Origin: an uncultured bacterium
Lineage (GTDB): Bacteria > Verrucomicrobiota > Kiritimatiellia > RFP12 > UBA1067
Direction: 5' to 3'
Assembly: GCA_902800055.1 (NCBI GenBank)
Contig: CADCCW010000011.1
Location: 2,270-66,269, forward strand
Length of the DNA: 64,000 bases
Made by a program: the position numbers and the translations under genes. The notes beneath the pieces were generated by a model. The model ran no database searches and was not told where the DNA came from. It was given only the letters and a program-made list of their open reading frames with translations. Below, piece by piece: positions 36,289-45,482 of this stretch. How positions within the stretch are numbered: the first letter of the stretch is position 1; every line of letters begins with the position of its first letter.

Positions 36289-37508
36289 ACGAGAACAAAG
36301 GTTCGGCGATCGGTTCGACGATCGGGGCGCTGGTGCTCGCGGCGGTTTGCGCGGCGGGCGGCTGGATCGGCTGCGGCATGTGGATGCGCGCGGCGAAGGC
36401 GAAGGCGGGGAATCCCGCGGCGATGGCGGCGATGGCCGCAGCCGCCGGCGGCGTGACCGTGGCGGTGACCAACGCTGAGATGCGCGCCTACAACCTCCCG
36501 GAGCGGTTCGTCGCGCACGCCGAGGCGGTGCAGGAGGTCGACCTGCTGCCGCAGATCGACGGCTACGTGAAGGAGATCAAGTTCAAGGAGGGCGACGTCG
36601 TCAAGGCCGGGCAGACGCTGTATGTCATCGACGACGAGCGCTACCTAGCGGTGGCGAACCAGCGCAAGGCCGACCTTGCCGCGGCGGAGGCGGAGGCGCG
36701 GCGCGCGGTGCGCTACTACGAGCGCATGCAGAAGGCGGACGAGCGCGGCATCACCCAGCTCGAGCGCGACAACGCCGAGGCCGCCGCTGAGAAGGCGAAG
36801 GCCTCGGTGCTGCAGGCGAAGGCGAACCTGGTGGTGGCCGAGTACGACCTCAAGAAGACCACCGTCGTCGCGCCCATCTCGGGCCAGATCGGCAAGTCGT
36901 CCGCGCACGTGGGCGACTACGTGGCGCCGTCGAAGGGCGCGCTCGCGAAGATCGTGCAGATCGACCCGATCCGCGTCTCGTTCCCGCTCACCGACCGCGC
37001 CTACATCGCCTGGCGCCAGGAGCAGCGCTCCGGCTCGGCCAAGCCGTTCCGCATGCGGCTCATCCTGCCGGACGGCAGCGACTACGACCGCGAGGGCGCG
37101 TGGGACTTCGACGACAACCAGATGTCGCGCGAGACGGCGTCGATCATGATGCGGCTGAAGTTCCCGAACCCGGAGCGGCTGCTCATCCCGAACAGCTACG
37201 TGACGCTCCTCACCGACTTCCAGGACCCGCCGAAGTTCCCGTCGGTGCCGCAGCAGGCTCTCATCGACCTGCCCGGCGGCAACCAGGGCGTGTGGGTGCT
37301 CAAAGATGATATGACCGTCGAGCAGCGTCCGGTGGAGACGAAGGAGGCGTTCAACGGCTGGACGCCGGTCGTGAAGGGGATCGAGGCCGGCGAGCGCATC
37401 GTCATCTCCGGTGTCGCCAAGCTCGGGCCGGGGATGAAGGTGGCTATAGTCGAGCCCACGTCCAACGACGACATCAACGCCAACCACAAGTCGCCGATCG
37501 AGGAGTGA
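36285..37508 (+). CDS. RND efflux periplasmic adaptor (membrane fusion protein, AcrA/MexA-like)
   Basis: Pattern of lipoyl/hairpin/barrel domains: GDVVKAGQTLYVIDD, a coiled-coil, TTVVAPISGQIG and VAIVEP. Confidence 0.8.
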   Translation: MNENKGSAIGSTIGALVLAAVCAAGGWIGCGMWMRAAKAKAGNPAAMAAMAAAAGGVTVAVTNAEMRAYNLPERFVAHAEAVQEVDLLPQIDGYVKEIKFKEGDVVKAGQTLYVIDDERYLAVANQRKADLAAAEAEARRAVRYYERMQKADERGITQLERDNAEAAAEKAKASVLQAKANLVVAEYDLKKTTVVAPISGQIGKSSAHVGDYVAPSKGALAKIVQIDPIRVSFPLTDRAYIAWRQEQRSGSAKPFRMRLILPDGSDYDREGAWDFDDNQMSRETASIMMRLKFPNPERLLIPNSYVTLLTDFQDPPKFPSVPQQALIDLPGGNQGVWVLKDDMTVEQRPVETKEAFNGWTPVVKGIEAGERIVISGVAKLGPGMKVAIVEPTSNDDINANHKSPIEE

Positions 37509-37515
37509 TCCGAAG

Positions 37516-40500
37516 ATGAAACTTTCCCTTAGGCCGGCGATCGAGGCGCTCAAGCCGTTCTCGCGCATCTTCGTGGAGCGTCCGCGATTCGCGATGGTGA
37601 TCGCGATCGTCCTTTCCATGGCCGGAGGCATGGCCATCTTCCAGCTGCCGGTCTCGCAGTTCCCGCGCATCACCCCGCCGTCGATCCAGGTGAACTACAC
37701 CTATCCCGGCGCAAACGCGAAGGAGGTGCTGAACACCGTCGCCATGCCGATCGAGGACGAGGTGAACGGCGTCGACGACATGATCTACATGACCGGATCG
37801 TGCGGCGACGACGGCTCCTACTCGCTCACCGTCACCTTCGAGGTCGAGTCCGACCGCGACATGGACATGGTGAAGGTGCAGAACCGCGTCGCCCAGGCGG
37901 AGGCGAAGCTGCCGGGCGAGGTGAAGCAGCTCGGCGGGCGAATCCGCGCGCAGTCCGAGGACCACCTCGGCTTCATCGCCGTCCGCTCGCCGAACGGCTC
38001 GATGTCGCGCCTGCAGATCTCCGACTACATCTACGCGAACATCCAGCCGGTCCTGCTGCGCATCCCCGGCGTGGGCGACGCGACGGTGTACGGACCCAAG
38101 CTCTCGATGCGCGTCTGGCTCGACCCCGCGCGCATGGCGGCGCAGGGGATGAACACCGAGGAGGTGATCGCCGCCGTCTCGAAGCAGAACGTGCAGGCAT
38201 CGCTCGGCTCGGTCGGCGCGGCGCCCACGGGCGAGCACGCGGCCTGGACGCTCTCGCTGCTGGCGAAAGGGCGCCTGATGTCGCCGAAGGAGTTCGACGA
38301 GATCGTCGTCCGCCGCGACGCGAACGGCGGCGTGGTGAGACTCAAGGACATCGCCCGCACCGAGATCGGCGAGCAGAACTACATGTTCACCGGCCAGCTC
38401 AACGGCGGCAACGCCGTCTGCATCGCGCTCCAGCAGAAGCCGGGCGCGAACGCGATCGCCACGATGAGGCAGATCCGCAGGGCGATGGCAACGCTCAAGG
38501 AGTCGTTCCCGGACGACCTCGAGTGGGTCATCCCATACGACGCCACGGAATACGTGTCGAGCTGCGTCAGGGAGATCGTGCTCACGCTCGGCATCACGTT
38601 CCTGCTGGTTGTGATCGTCTGCTATCTCTTCCTCCAGGACTGGCGCGCCACCCTGATACCCTGCCTCACCATTCCGGTGTCGCTCTCCTCGACCTTCATC
38701 CTGATGGCGGCGCTCGGCTACTCGATCAACATCCTCACCCTGTTTGGTCTCGTGCTCGCGATCGGCGTGGTGGTGGACGATTGCATTGTGGTGGTGGAGC
38801 GCGTCCAGTTCCTGATCGAGACGCGCGGCCTCAACGCCAAGGAGGCGACGATCCAGGCGATGAGCGACGTGACGAGCGCCGTCATCGCGACCACGCTTGT
38901 TCTTCTGGGCATCTTCGTGCCGGTCGGCTTCATGAGCGGCATCACCGGGCGCATCTACCAGCAGTTCTCGGTCACGCTCTCCGCGGCGGTCTGCTTCTCG
39001 ACGCTGTGCGCGCTCACGCTCGCGCCGGCGCTCTGCTCGCTGCTCCTCCACGAGTCGCGTCCGTACAAGCACGGTCCGCTCGCCTGGTTCAACTGGGCGG
39101 TGAACTCCTTCAAGGGCATCTTCGTGAAGCTGGCGAAGTGGCTCGCCTCGCGCATCTTCCTCGCGTTCATGCTCCTCGCGCTCGCCGTTCTCTTGACGGT
39201 CCAGATGTTCACCACTTCCCAGACCTCCTTCCTTCCGGACGAGGACCAGTGCGTCGTGTTCGCCTCGATGGACATGCCCGAGGGCTCGACGCGCGACCGC
39301 ACCCGCGACGTGTCGCTCCGCGCGGTGCAGCGGCTGCTGCAGATGGAGGAGGTCAAGAGCGTCCTCACCATCACCGGCTTCTCGATGATCGGCGGCCGCG
39401 GCGAGAACCAGTCGATGGTGGTCGTCGACCTCAAGGACTGGAGCGAGCGCAAGCGCGCCAACCAGTCCGCCGCCGCGATGGTCCAGCGCATCACCCAGGC
39501 GCTGGCCGAGATCCCCGAGCCGAGCTGGAAGGTGTTTATGCCGCCGGCGATCCCCGGCGTCGGCCTCGCCAACGGCATCACCGTCCACATCCAGGACAAG
39601 GGCACGGCCGACCCGATCCGCGTCGACGAGGTCAAGAACAAGCTGCTCCGCTCGCTCAACGACAAGCGCCGCTTCCCCGGCATTCTCGCCGCGTTCGCCG
39701 GCTACAACGCGGTGACGCCGCACCTGAGGTTCAACCTCGACCGCGTCAAGGCCGAGATGTACAAGGTGCCGGTGGCCACGGTCTACTCGACCCTGCAGAA
39801 CTACCTCGGCTCCAGGTACGTGAACGACGTGAACCTCGGCACCCAGGTCAACCGCGTGACCGTCCAGGCCGACTGGGACGGACGCGCGACGCCCGAGGCG
39901 GTGTCGCGGCTCTACGTGCGCGGCGAGAACGGCGCGATGGTGCAGATCGGCGCGCTCGGCGACATCACCCGCGAGCTCGGTCCGCGCACGGTCTACACCC
40001 GCGACAAGTACGTGATGTGCGGCATCAACGTGATGCCCATGCCCGGCGTCGCCACCGGCGAGCTGATGAACGAAATCCGCAGGCTCTTCAAGGATGAGCT
40101 CCCCGCCGACTTCGGCTACGACTGGGCGGCGCTCTCCTTCCAGGAGGCGAGGAACGAGGGCGGCGCCGCGCCGCTCATCCTTCTCGCGGTGCTGTTCGGC
40201 TACCTCTTCCTCGTCGCGCAGTACGAGAGCTGGACGATTCCGCTTCCGGTGATGCTCTCCATCTTCGTCGCCGTCCTGGGCGCGCTCTGCGGCCTCAGGT
40301 GGTTCGGCCTGCTGCGGGCGGGCTCGCCCTATCCGCTCTCCATCTACGCGCAGCTCGGCATCGTCCTGCTCGTCGGCCTCGCCTCGAAGAACGCGATCCT
40401 GATCGTTGAGTTCGCGAAGGACAAGCGCGAGAACGAGGGCTTCTCGATCGTCGACGCCGCGGGCGCCGCGGCGGGCGAGCGCCTGAGGGCGCTCTTGATG

Positions 40501-40752
40501 ACCGCGCTCACGACGCTCCTCGGCACCCTGCCGATGATGCTCGCCACCGGCGCCGGCGCAGCGAGCCGCAACCACCTCGGTACCACCGAGTTCTTCGGTA
40601 TGCTTTTCTCCGTAGTTTTTGGTATACTACTCGTACCCGGCCTCTATGCGCTCTTCCAGACCTGGCGCGAGAGGATCAAGCGGATGTTCGCGTTCATCTC
40701 GGCGCAGGCGCGCAGGCGGCGCAGGCTGAAGGACGGAGTGGCCGGGGAATAG
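37516..40752 (+). CDS. RND multidrug efflux permease (HAE1, AcrB/MexB-like)
   Basis: 1078 aa with 12-TM architecture, FVERPRFAMVIAIV at the N-terminus and GLVLAIGVVVDDCIVVVE. Confidence 0.9.
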   Translation: MKLSLRPAIEALKPFSRIFVERPRFAMVIAIVLSMAGGMAIFQLPVSQFPRITPPSIQVNYTYPGANAKEVLNTVAMPIEDEVNGVDDMIYMTGSCGDDGSYSLTVTFEVESDRDMDMVKVQNRVAQAEAKLPGEVKQLGGRIRAQSEDHLGFIAVRSPNGSMSRLQISDYIYANIQPVLLRIPGVGDATVYGPKLSMRVWLDPARMAAQGMNTEEVIAAVSKQNVQASLGSVGAAPTGEHAAWTLSLLAKGRLMSPKEFDEIVVRRDANGGVVRLKDIARTEIGEQNYMFTGQLNGGNAVCIALQQKPGANAIATMRQIRRAMATLKESFPDDLEWVIPYDATEYVSSCVREIVLTLGITFLLVVIVCYLFLQDWRATLIPCLTIPVSLSSTFILMAALGYSINILTLFGLVLAIGVVVDDCIVVVERVQFLIETRGLNAKEATIQAMSDVTSAVIATTLVLLGIFVPVGFMSGITGRIYQQFSVTLSAAVCFSTLCALTLAPALCSLLLHESRPYKHGPLAWFNWAVNSFKGIFVKLAKWLASRIFLAFMLLALAVLLTVQMFTTSQTSFLPDEDQCVVFASMDMPEGSTRDRTRDVSLRAVQRLLQMEEVKSVLTITGFSMIGGRGENQSMVVVDLKDWSERKRANQSAAAMVQRITQALAEIPEPSWKVFMPPAIPGVGLANGITVHIQDKGTADPIRVDEVKNKLLRSLNDKRRFPGILAAFAGYNAVTPHLRFNLDRVKAEMYKVPVATVYSTLQNYLGSRYVNDVNLGTQVNRVTVQADWDGRATPEAVSRLYVRGENGAMVQIGALGDITRELGPRTVYTRDKYVMCGINVMPMPGVATGELMNEIRRLFKDELPADFGYDWAALSFQEARNEGGAAPLILLAVLFGYLFLVAQYESWTIPLPVMLSIFVAVLGALCGLRWFGLLRAGSPYPLSIYAQLGIVLLVGLASKNAILIVEFAKDKRENEGFSIVDAAGAAAGERLRALLMTALTTLLGTLPMMLATGAGAASRNHLGTTEFFGMLFSVVFGILLVPGLYALFQTWRERIKRMFAFISAQARRRRRLKDGVAGE
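40620..40628 (+). promoter_or_regulatory. Candidate internal -10 box TGGTATACT inside the 3' end of the RND gene
   Basis: tccgtagtttttggtatactactcgtaccc encodes SVVFGILLVP using GTA/GTT/TTT/ATA/CTA/GTA codons that look atypical for this GC-rich genome. It resembles the window consensus TTTGGTATAATAC. Confidence 0.35.
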
Positions 40753-40783
40753 CGATATATTGGCGAAAATGAAAGGACATTCG

Positions 40784-42274
40784 ATGAAGTCGACGATGAT
40801 GGCGGCGGCGTCCGCGGCGGTGGCCGCGTTCGCCGGCTGCACCCAGTACATTCCCTCGGTGGGTCCGTCCTACGAGGAGCCGGAGGTGACGGCGGAGTCG
40901 CATCCGCTCCCGGACGCCGGCTTCCCGACGACGAACGTGGCGGCGGACTGCTCGTACGTTCCGGCCGCGACCAACGAGGACCCGCGCGTCGAGATTTCGC
41001 GCGATGCGGTGGCGCACTGGTGGGAGCACTTCAACGATCCGGTCTTGGAGGAGCTCGTGCTCGGCGCGGCCACCAACAACCTCTCGTTCCAGACCGCCAA
41101 GAAGCGCCTCGAGCAGGCCAACTACGAGCTGCTCGGCTCCTATGCGGCGTTCCTGCCCCAGTTCGCCGTCAACGGCTCCTGGACGCTCGCGCGCTACGGC
41201 GCGAACGTGCCGGCGAGCGGCGGCGAGGCGGTCGGCTACAAGACGACGAGCGTGACGCTCGACGGCCAGTGGGAGATCGACATCTTCGGCGGCAGCCGCC
41301 GCCAGACCGAGGCGAACATCGCGCTCGCCCAGGCGGCGGGGTGGTCGGTGGCGGACGCCTGGGTGGAGCTCACCACCCAGATCGGCGTGCAGTACGTCAG
41401 CCTGCGCACCGCGCAGGAGCGCATCGCGGTGGCGCGCACCAACCTCGTTCTCCAGACCGAGACGTACGACATCCTGAAGTCCCGCCTGGATTCCGGCATC
41501 GGCGACGAACTCGCCGTAAACCAGTGCGCCTACATCGTCGAGGAGACGCGCGCGCGCATCCCGCAGCTGATCAACGCCGAGGAGAAGCTCAAGAACGCGA
41601 TCGCGGTGCTGGCGGGGGTGGTGCCCGGCTCGCTCGACGAGATGCTCGCGCCGCCGAAGGACCGCCGCGACTGGCTGCTCGCGCCGCAGAAGGTGTCGGA
41701 CCTGCCGCTCGACATGATGCGCGCGCGCCCAGACGTCAAGGAGCGCGAGCGCAAGCTCGCGGCGATGACGGCGTACGTCGGCGTCGCCAAGGCGCAGTGG
41801 TTCCCCAAGCTCTACATCAACGGCACGGTCGGCTTCTCGAAGCGCAACAGCGTCAAGCTCTTCGACCGCGAGTCGTTCTTCTCGACCATCGGCCCGGCCG
41901 TGAGCTGGCCGATCTTCCAGGGCGGCGCGATCTACGCCAACGTCAAGGCGGCCGAGGCGCAGATGGACCAGGCCGCGCTCGACTACGCGCTCGCCGTCGA
42001 GCAGGCGTTCGCCGACGTGCGCGACGCGTACTCCGCCTACACCCAGGAGTACCACCGCCTGCAGGCGCTGACCGCCGCGGTGAAGGCGGCGTCCGACGCG
42101 GTGGCAATCTCGAAGGACCTGTACCAGAACGGGCTCAAGGACTTCAACAACGTCCTCGACGCGCAGCGCTCGCGCCTGCAGCTCGAGGAGCAGCTGGTGG
42201 AGTCCCGCGGCGAGATCACCGTGACCCTGATCAAGCTCTACAAGGCGCTGGGAGGCGGCCTCGCGGCCGATTGA
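40784..42274 (+). CDS. RND efflux outer-membrane factor lipoprotein (NodT/OprM family)
   Basis: Lipobox AAFAGC. The two-repeat OEP pattern ends in LYKALGGG. Alternative upstream starts at 40760 (TTG) and 40769. Confidence 0.85.
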   Translation: MKSTMMAAASAAVAAFAGCTQYIPSVGPSYEEPEVTAESHPLPDAGFPTTNVAADCSYVPAATNEDPRVEISRDAVAHWWEHFNDPVLEELVLGAATNNLSFQTAKKRLEQANYELLGSYAAFLPQFAVNGSWTLARYGANVPASGGEAVGYKTTSVTLDGQWEIDIFGGSRRQTEANIALAQAAGWSVADAWVELTTQIGVQYVSLRTAQERIAVARTNLVLQTETYDILKSRLDSGIGDELAVNQCAYIVEETRARIPQLINAEEKLKNAIAVLAGVVPGSLDEMLAPPKDRRDWLLAPQKVSDLPLDMMRARPDVKERERKLAAMTAYVGVAKAQWFPKLYINGTVGFSKRNSVKLFDRESFFSTIGPAVSWPIFQGGAIYANVKAAEAQMDQAALDYALAVEQAFADVRDAYSAYTQEYHRLQALTAAVKAASDAVAISKDLYQNGLKDFNNVLDAQRSRLQLEEQLVESRGEITVTLIKLYKALGGGLAAD

Positions 42275-42278
42275 CGAC

Positions 42279-43082
42279 ATGCCACGCAAGATAGTACTCG
42301 TAGTGTCCCTCGCCGCCGGCGTTGTCGCGGCGGTCGTCACCAACATCGCCTTCTCGGCCAAGGAGGCCGAGGTAGCCAGGGCCAAGCGCGCGATCAACGA
42401 GCGCTACGGCACCATCGACGCGGTGGTGTTCAGCGCCGACGTTCCGGCCGGGACGGTGCTCTCGACCGACGACCTCGGCAAGCTGAAGCTGCCGGCGCTG
42501 GGGCTGCGCGGCCAGGCGGTGGAGGAGTCGGCCTACCGCGACGTGCTCGGCCGCAAGCTCCTTGCCGCGCACAAGCGGGGCGAGGTGCTGTTCTGGTCCG
42601 ACGTGGAGGGCGGCGACCCGTCCGCGAAGGGGATCTCCGCCGACATCAAGAAGAACATGCGCGCGGTCTCGGTGAACTGCTCCGGCGCGGCGAGCGTCTC
42701 GGGGATGGTCAGGCCCAACGACCACGTGGACGTCATCGGCACCTTCGACTTCGACGGCGCGGCGGGCCGGCGCGACTTCGTTACCTGCACCATGCTCCAG
42801 AACGTGCTCGTCCTCGCGACCGGCTCCGAGACCGCCAAGGGGCGCGACCGCACCGCCGGCCTCCGCCAGCAGTACTCGACCGTCACGCTCGAGGTGACGC
42901 CGCGCGAGGCCGAGATGCTCGCCTTCGCCGAGCAGCTCAAGGGCAGGATCGTCCTTTCGCTCCGCAACCGCGGCGACACCTCCTACGAGAAGGAGCTCCC
43001 CAAGGTCGACTTCGAGAAGATCCGCTCCGAGATCGAGGAGCTCAACCTCAAGCGCCAGTCCCAGCGGCTGGCGGTGCGCTGA
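42279..43082 (+). CDS. cpaB: Flp/Tad pilus assembly protein CpaB (RcpC) family
   Basis: N-terminal TM, a SAF-like segment (VFSADVPAGTVLSTDDL), NMRAVSVNCSGAASVSGMVRPNDHVDVIG and TLEVTPREAEMLAFAEQ. Confidence 0.75.
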   Translation: MPRKIVLVVSLAAGVVAAVVTNIAFSAKEAEVARAKRAINERYGTIDAVVFSADVPAGTVLSTDDLGKLKLPALGLRGQAVEESAYRDVLGRKLLAAHKRGEVLFWSDVEGGDPSAKGISADIKKNMRAVSVNCSGAASVSGMVRPNDHVDVIGTFDFDGAAGRRDFVTCTMLQNVLVLATGSETAKGRDRTAGLRQQYSTVTLEVTPREAEMLAFAEQLKGRIVLSLRNRGDTSYEKELPKVDFEKIRSEIEELNLKRQSQRLAVR

Positions 43083-43096
43083 AGGGGCGTGCGGCG

Positions 43097-44755
43097 ATGC
43101 ACCTGACGACGATTGTCGACGGCGTCAAGGAGACGCGCGAGCTGGAGGACGGCTCCTACCTCGTCGGCCGCGCCGAGGCCTGCCGCATCCGGCTGCCGTT
43201 CCCGGACGTCTCCGAACGCCACGCGATCCTGGCGATCAACGGCACGTCCGCGGTGATCGAGGACCTCAACAGCGCCAACGGCACCTTCGTGAACGGCGCC
43301 GCGGTCGAGGGCCCCGTGAAGCTCGACGACGGAATGGTGGTCCAGATCGGCACCACCCTGATGCGCGTCAGCGGCGACGAGCCGCCGCCGGAGCCGGAGG
43401 CAGAGGAGGCGCCGCGCGCCGAGCCGAAGGCAAACGGCGGCGACGACGAGGCGCCCGGCGAGTCGGCCGACCCGATGCGCGAGATCCGCCGCAGCGCGCA
43501 GGAGCAGATCCACCGCGAGCTCCTCAAGCGCCTCGACATGAAGCGGCTCACCGTCGAGGGCGTCGACCGCGAGGGGCTGGAGCAGACCGCGCGCGAGAAG
43601 ATCCGCGACATCGTGGACGAAGTGGTGTCGAAGGGGAGGCTGCCGGAGGGCATCGACCCGGTGCGGCTCGAGGACGACGTCTTCAACGAGGCGATGCGGC
43701 TCGGCCCGCTCGAGGAGCTGCTGGCCGACGACTCCGTGGCCGAGATCATGGTCAACGGACCTTCGCGGGTGTACGTCGAGCGCCACGGCCGGCTGGAGCT
43801 CTCCGACTGCCAGTTCTCCGACGACGCGAGCGTCCTCTCTGTGATCGAGCGCATCGTCGCCCCGCTCGGCCGGCGCATCGACGAGTCGCAGCCCTATGTG
43901 GACGCGCGCCTCGCCGACGGCAGCCGCGTCAACGCGATCATCGCGCCGCTCGCGCTCTCCGGCCCCACGATCACCATCCGCAAGTTCTCGCGCAAGGCGT
44001 TCACGGCGGAGGACTTCATCCGCTTCGGCACCTGGACCGAGCAGGCGGCCGAGTTCATGCGCCTCTGCGTGCGCTTGAGGAAGAACATCATCGTCGCGGG
44101 CGGCACCGGCTCCGGCAAGACCACGCTCCTCAACCTGCTCTCCGGCTTCATCCCGCACACCGAGCGCATCATCACCGTGGAGGACGCGGCGGAGCTGCGG
44201 CTCCAGCAGCCGCACGTGGTGCGGCTCGAGGCGCGCCCGCCGAACATCGAGGGCAAGGGCGCGGTGACGATCCGCGACCTGGTGAAGAACTGCCTCCGCA
44301 TGCGCCCCGACCGCATCATCGTGGGCGAGTGCCGCGGCGGCGAGGCGCTGGACATGCTCCAGGCGATGAACACCGGCCACGACGGCTCGCTCACCACCGT
44401 CCACGCCAATTCGCCGCGGGACGTCGTCTCGCGCCTTGAGACGATGGTGCTGATGAGCGGCATGGACCTGCCGTCGCGCGCCATCCGCGAGCAGATCGCG
44501 AGCGCCGTCGACATCATCATTCACGAGTCGCGCATGTCCGACGGCTCGCGCAAGGTGGACGCGATCACCGAGGTGACCGGGCTCGAGGGCACGCAGATCG
44601 TGATGCAGGACCTCTTCACCTTCGTCCAGAGCGGCGTCGGCGCCGACGGCAAGGTGATCGGCGAGTTCAAGTCCACGGGGGCGGTGCCGACCTGGATCGA
44701 CCAGGCGCGGAGCCGCGGCATCGACGTCGACATGTCGATGTTCGCAGGCGAATAG
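43097..44755 (+). CDS. cpaF: FHA-domain-fused CpaF/TadA-type secretion ATPase
   Basis: The N-terminal FHA is YLVGRAEACRIRLPFPDVSERHAILAINGTSAVIEDLNSANGTFVNG. The ATPase core has Walker A VAGGTGSGKTTLLN, ECRGGEALDMLQAMNTGHDGS and TVHANS. Confidence 0.85.
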   Translation: MHLTTIVDGVKETRELEDGSYLVGRAEACRIRLPFPDVSERHAILAINGTSAVIEDLNSANGTFVNGAAVEGPVKLDDGMVVQIGTTLMRVSGDEPPPEPEAEEAPRAEPKANGGDDEAPGESADPMREIRRSAQEQIHRELLKRLDMKRLTVEGVDREGLEQTAREKIRDIVDEVVSKGRLPEGIDPVRLEDDVFNEAMRLGPLEELLADDSVAEIMVNGPSRVYVERHGRLELSDCQFSDDASVLSVIERIVAPLGRRIDESQPYVDARLADGSRVNAIIAPLALSGPTITIRKFSRKAFTAEDFIRFGTWTEQAAEFMRLCVRLRKNIIVAGGTGSGKTTLLNLLSGFIPHTERIITVEDAAELRLQQPHVVRLEARPPNIEGKGAVTIRDLVKNCLRMRPDRIIVGECRGGEALDMLQAMNTGHDGSLTTVHANSPRDVVSRLETMVLMSGMDLPSRAIREQIASAVDIIIHESRMSDGSRKVDAITEVTGLEGTQIVMQDLFTFVQSGVGADGKVIGEFKSTGAVPTWIDQARSRGIDVDMSMFAGE

Positions 44756-44769
44756 GGGGCGCGAAGGGG

Positions 44770-45459
44770 ATGTCCGCCGACCTCATGCACGCCGTCGCCA
44801 CGCTGCTCGCCGCCGCGGCCGCCGCGGGCGTCGCCTGGTACTTCGCCGCGGGGGTGAAGATCAAGGCCGGCTGGCAGAACGGCACCAGCCCGCTCGCGCG
44901 CTGGCTCGACGCGCGCCGCCGCGCCGCCTTCAACGCCCAGCTCCCGGAGGCGCTGGCGACGATGTCCAACGCGCTCCGCGCCGGCTTCTCGATCTCGCAG
45001 GCGTTCGACTCCGTGGTCGATCAGGGCGAGGCGCCGATGAGCGAGGAGTTCGCCATCCTCCGGCAGCAGCTCCAGGTCGGGATGAGCTTCGAGGACGCGC
45101 TGGAGTCGCTCTCGCAGCGCGTCGGGTCCGACGACCTCACCCTCGTCACCACCTCCATCCTCATCTCGCGCCGCACCGGCGGCAACGTGACCGAGATCTT
45201 CGACCGCATCTCCGACACCATCCGCGGCAGAATGCGCATCGAGCGCAAGATCCGCTCGCTCACCGCCCAGGGCAGGCTGCAGGGAGCCATCGTCTCGCTG
45301 ATGCCGGTCCTGCTCGGCGGCGCGATGCTCGCGATCAAGCCGAAGATGATGATTCCCTTCCTCTGCAGCGCGACCGGCGCCGTCTCGGTGCTGGTGATGT
45401 TCGCCCTCATCGCCATAGGCTGGGCGATGATCCGCAGAATTATCCGCATCGACGTATGA
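44770..45459 (+). CDS. TadB/TadC-like inner-membrane platform protein (single T2SSF domain, 229 aa)
   Basis: LPEALATMSNALRAGFSISQAF, MSFEDALESL, and TAQGRLQGAIVSLMPVLL. Confidence 0.7.
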   Translation: MSADLMHAVATLLAAAAAAGVAWYFAAGVKIKAGWQNGTSPLARWLDARRRAAFNAQLPEALATMSNALRAGFSISQAFDSVVDQGEAPMSEEFAILRQQLQVGMSFEDALESLSQRVGSDDLTLVTTSILISRRTGGNVTEIFDRISDTIRGRMRIERKIRSLTAQGRLQGAIVSLMPVLLGGAMLAIKPKMMIPFLCSATGAVSVLVMFALIAIGWAMIRRIIRIDV

Positions 45460-45465
45460 AAATTA

Positions 45466-45474
45466 TGGTATAAT
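45466..45474 (+). promoter_or_regulatory. Extended -10 box TGGTATAAT, 8 nt upstream of the potA ATG
   Basis: Exact motif in aaaattatggtataatccgcgccaATG. Confidence 0.6.
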
Positions 45475-45482
45475 CCGCGCCA

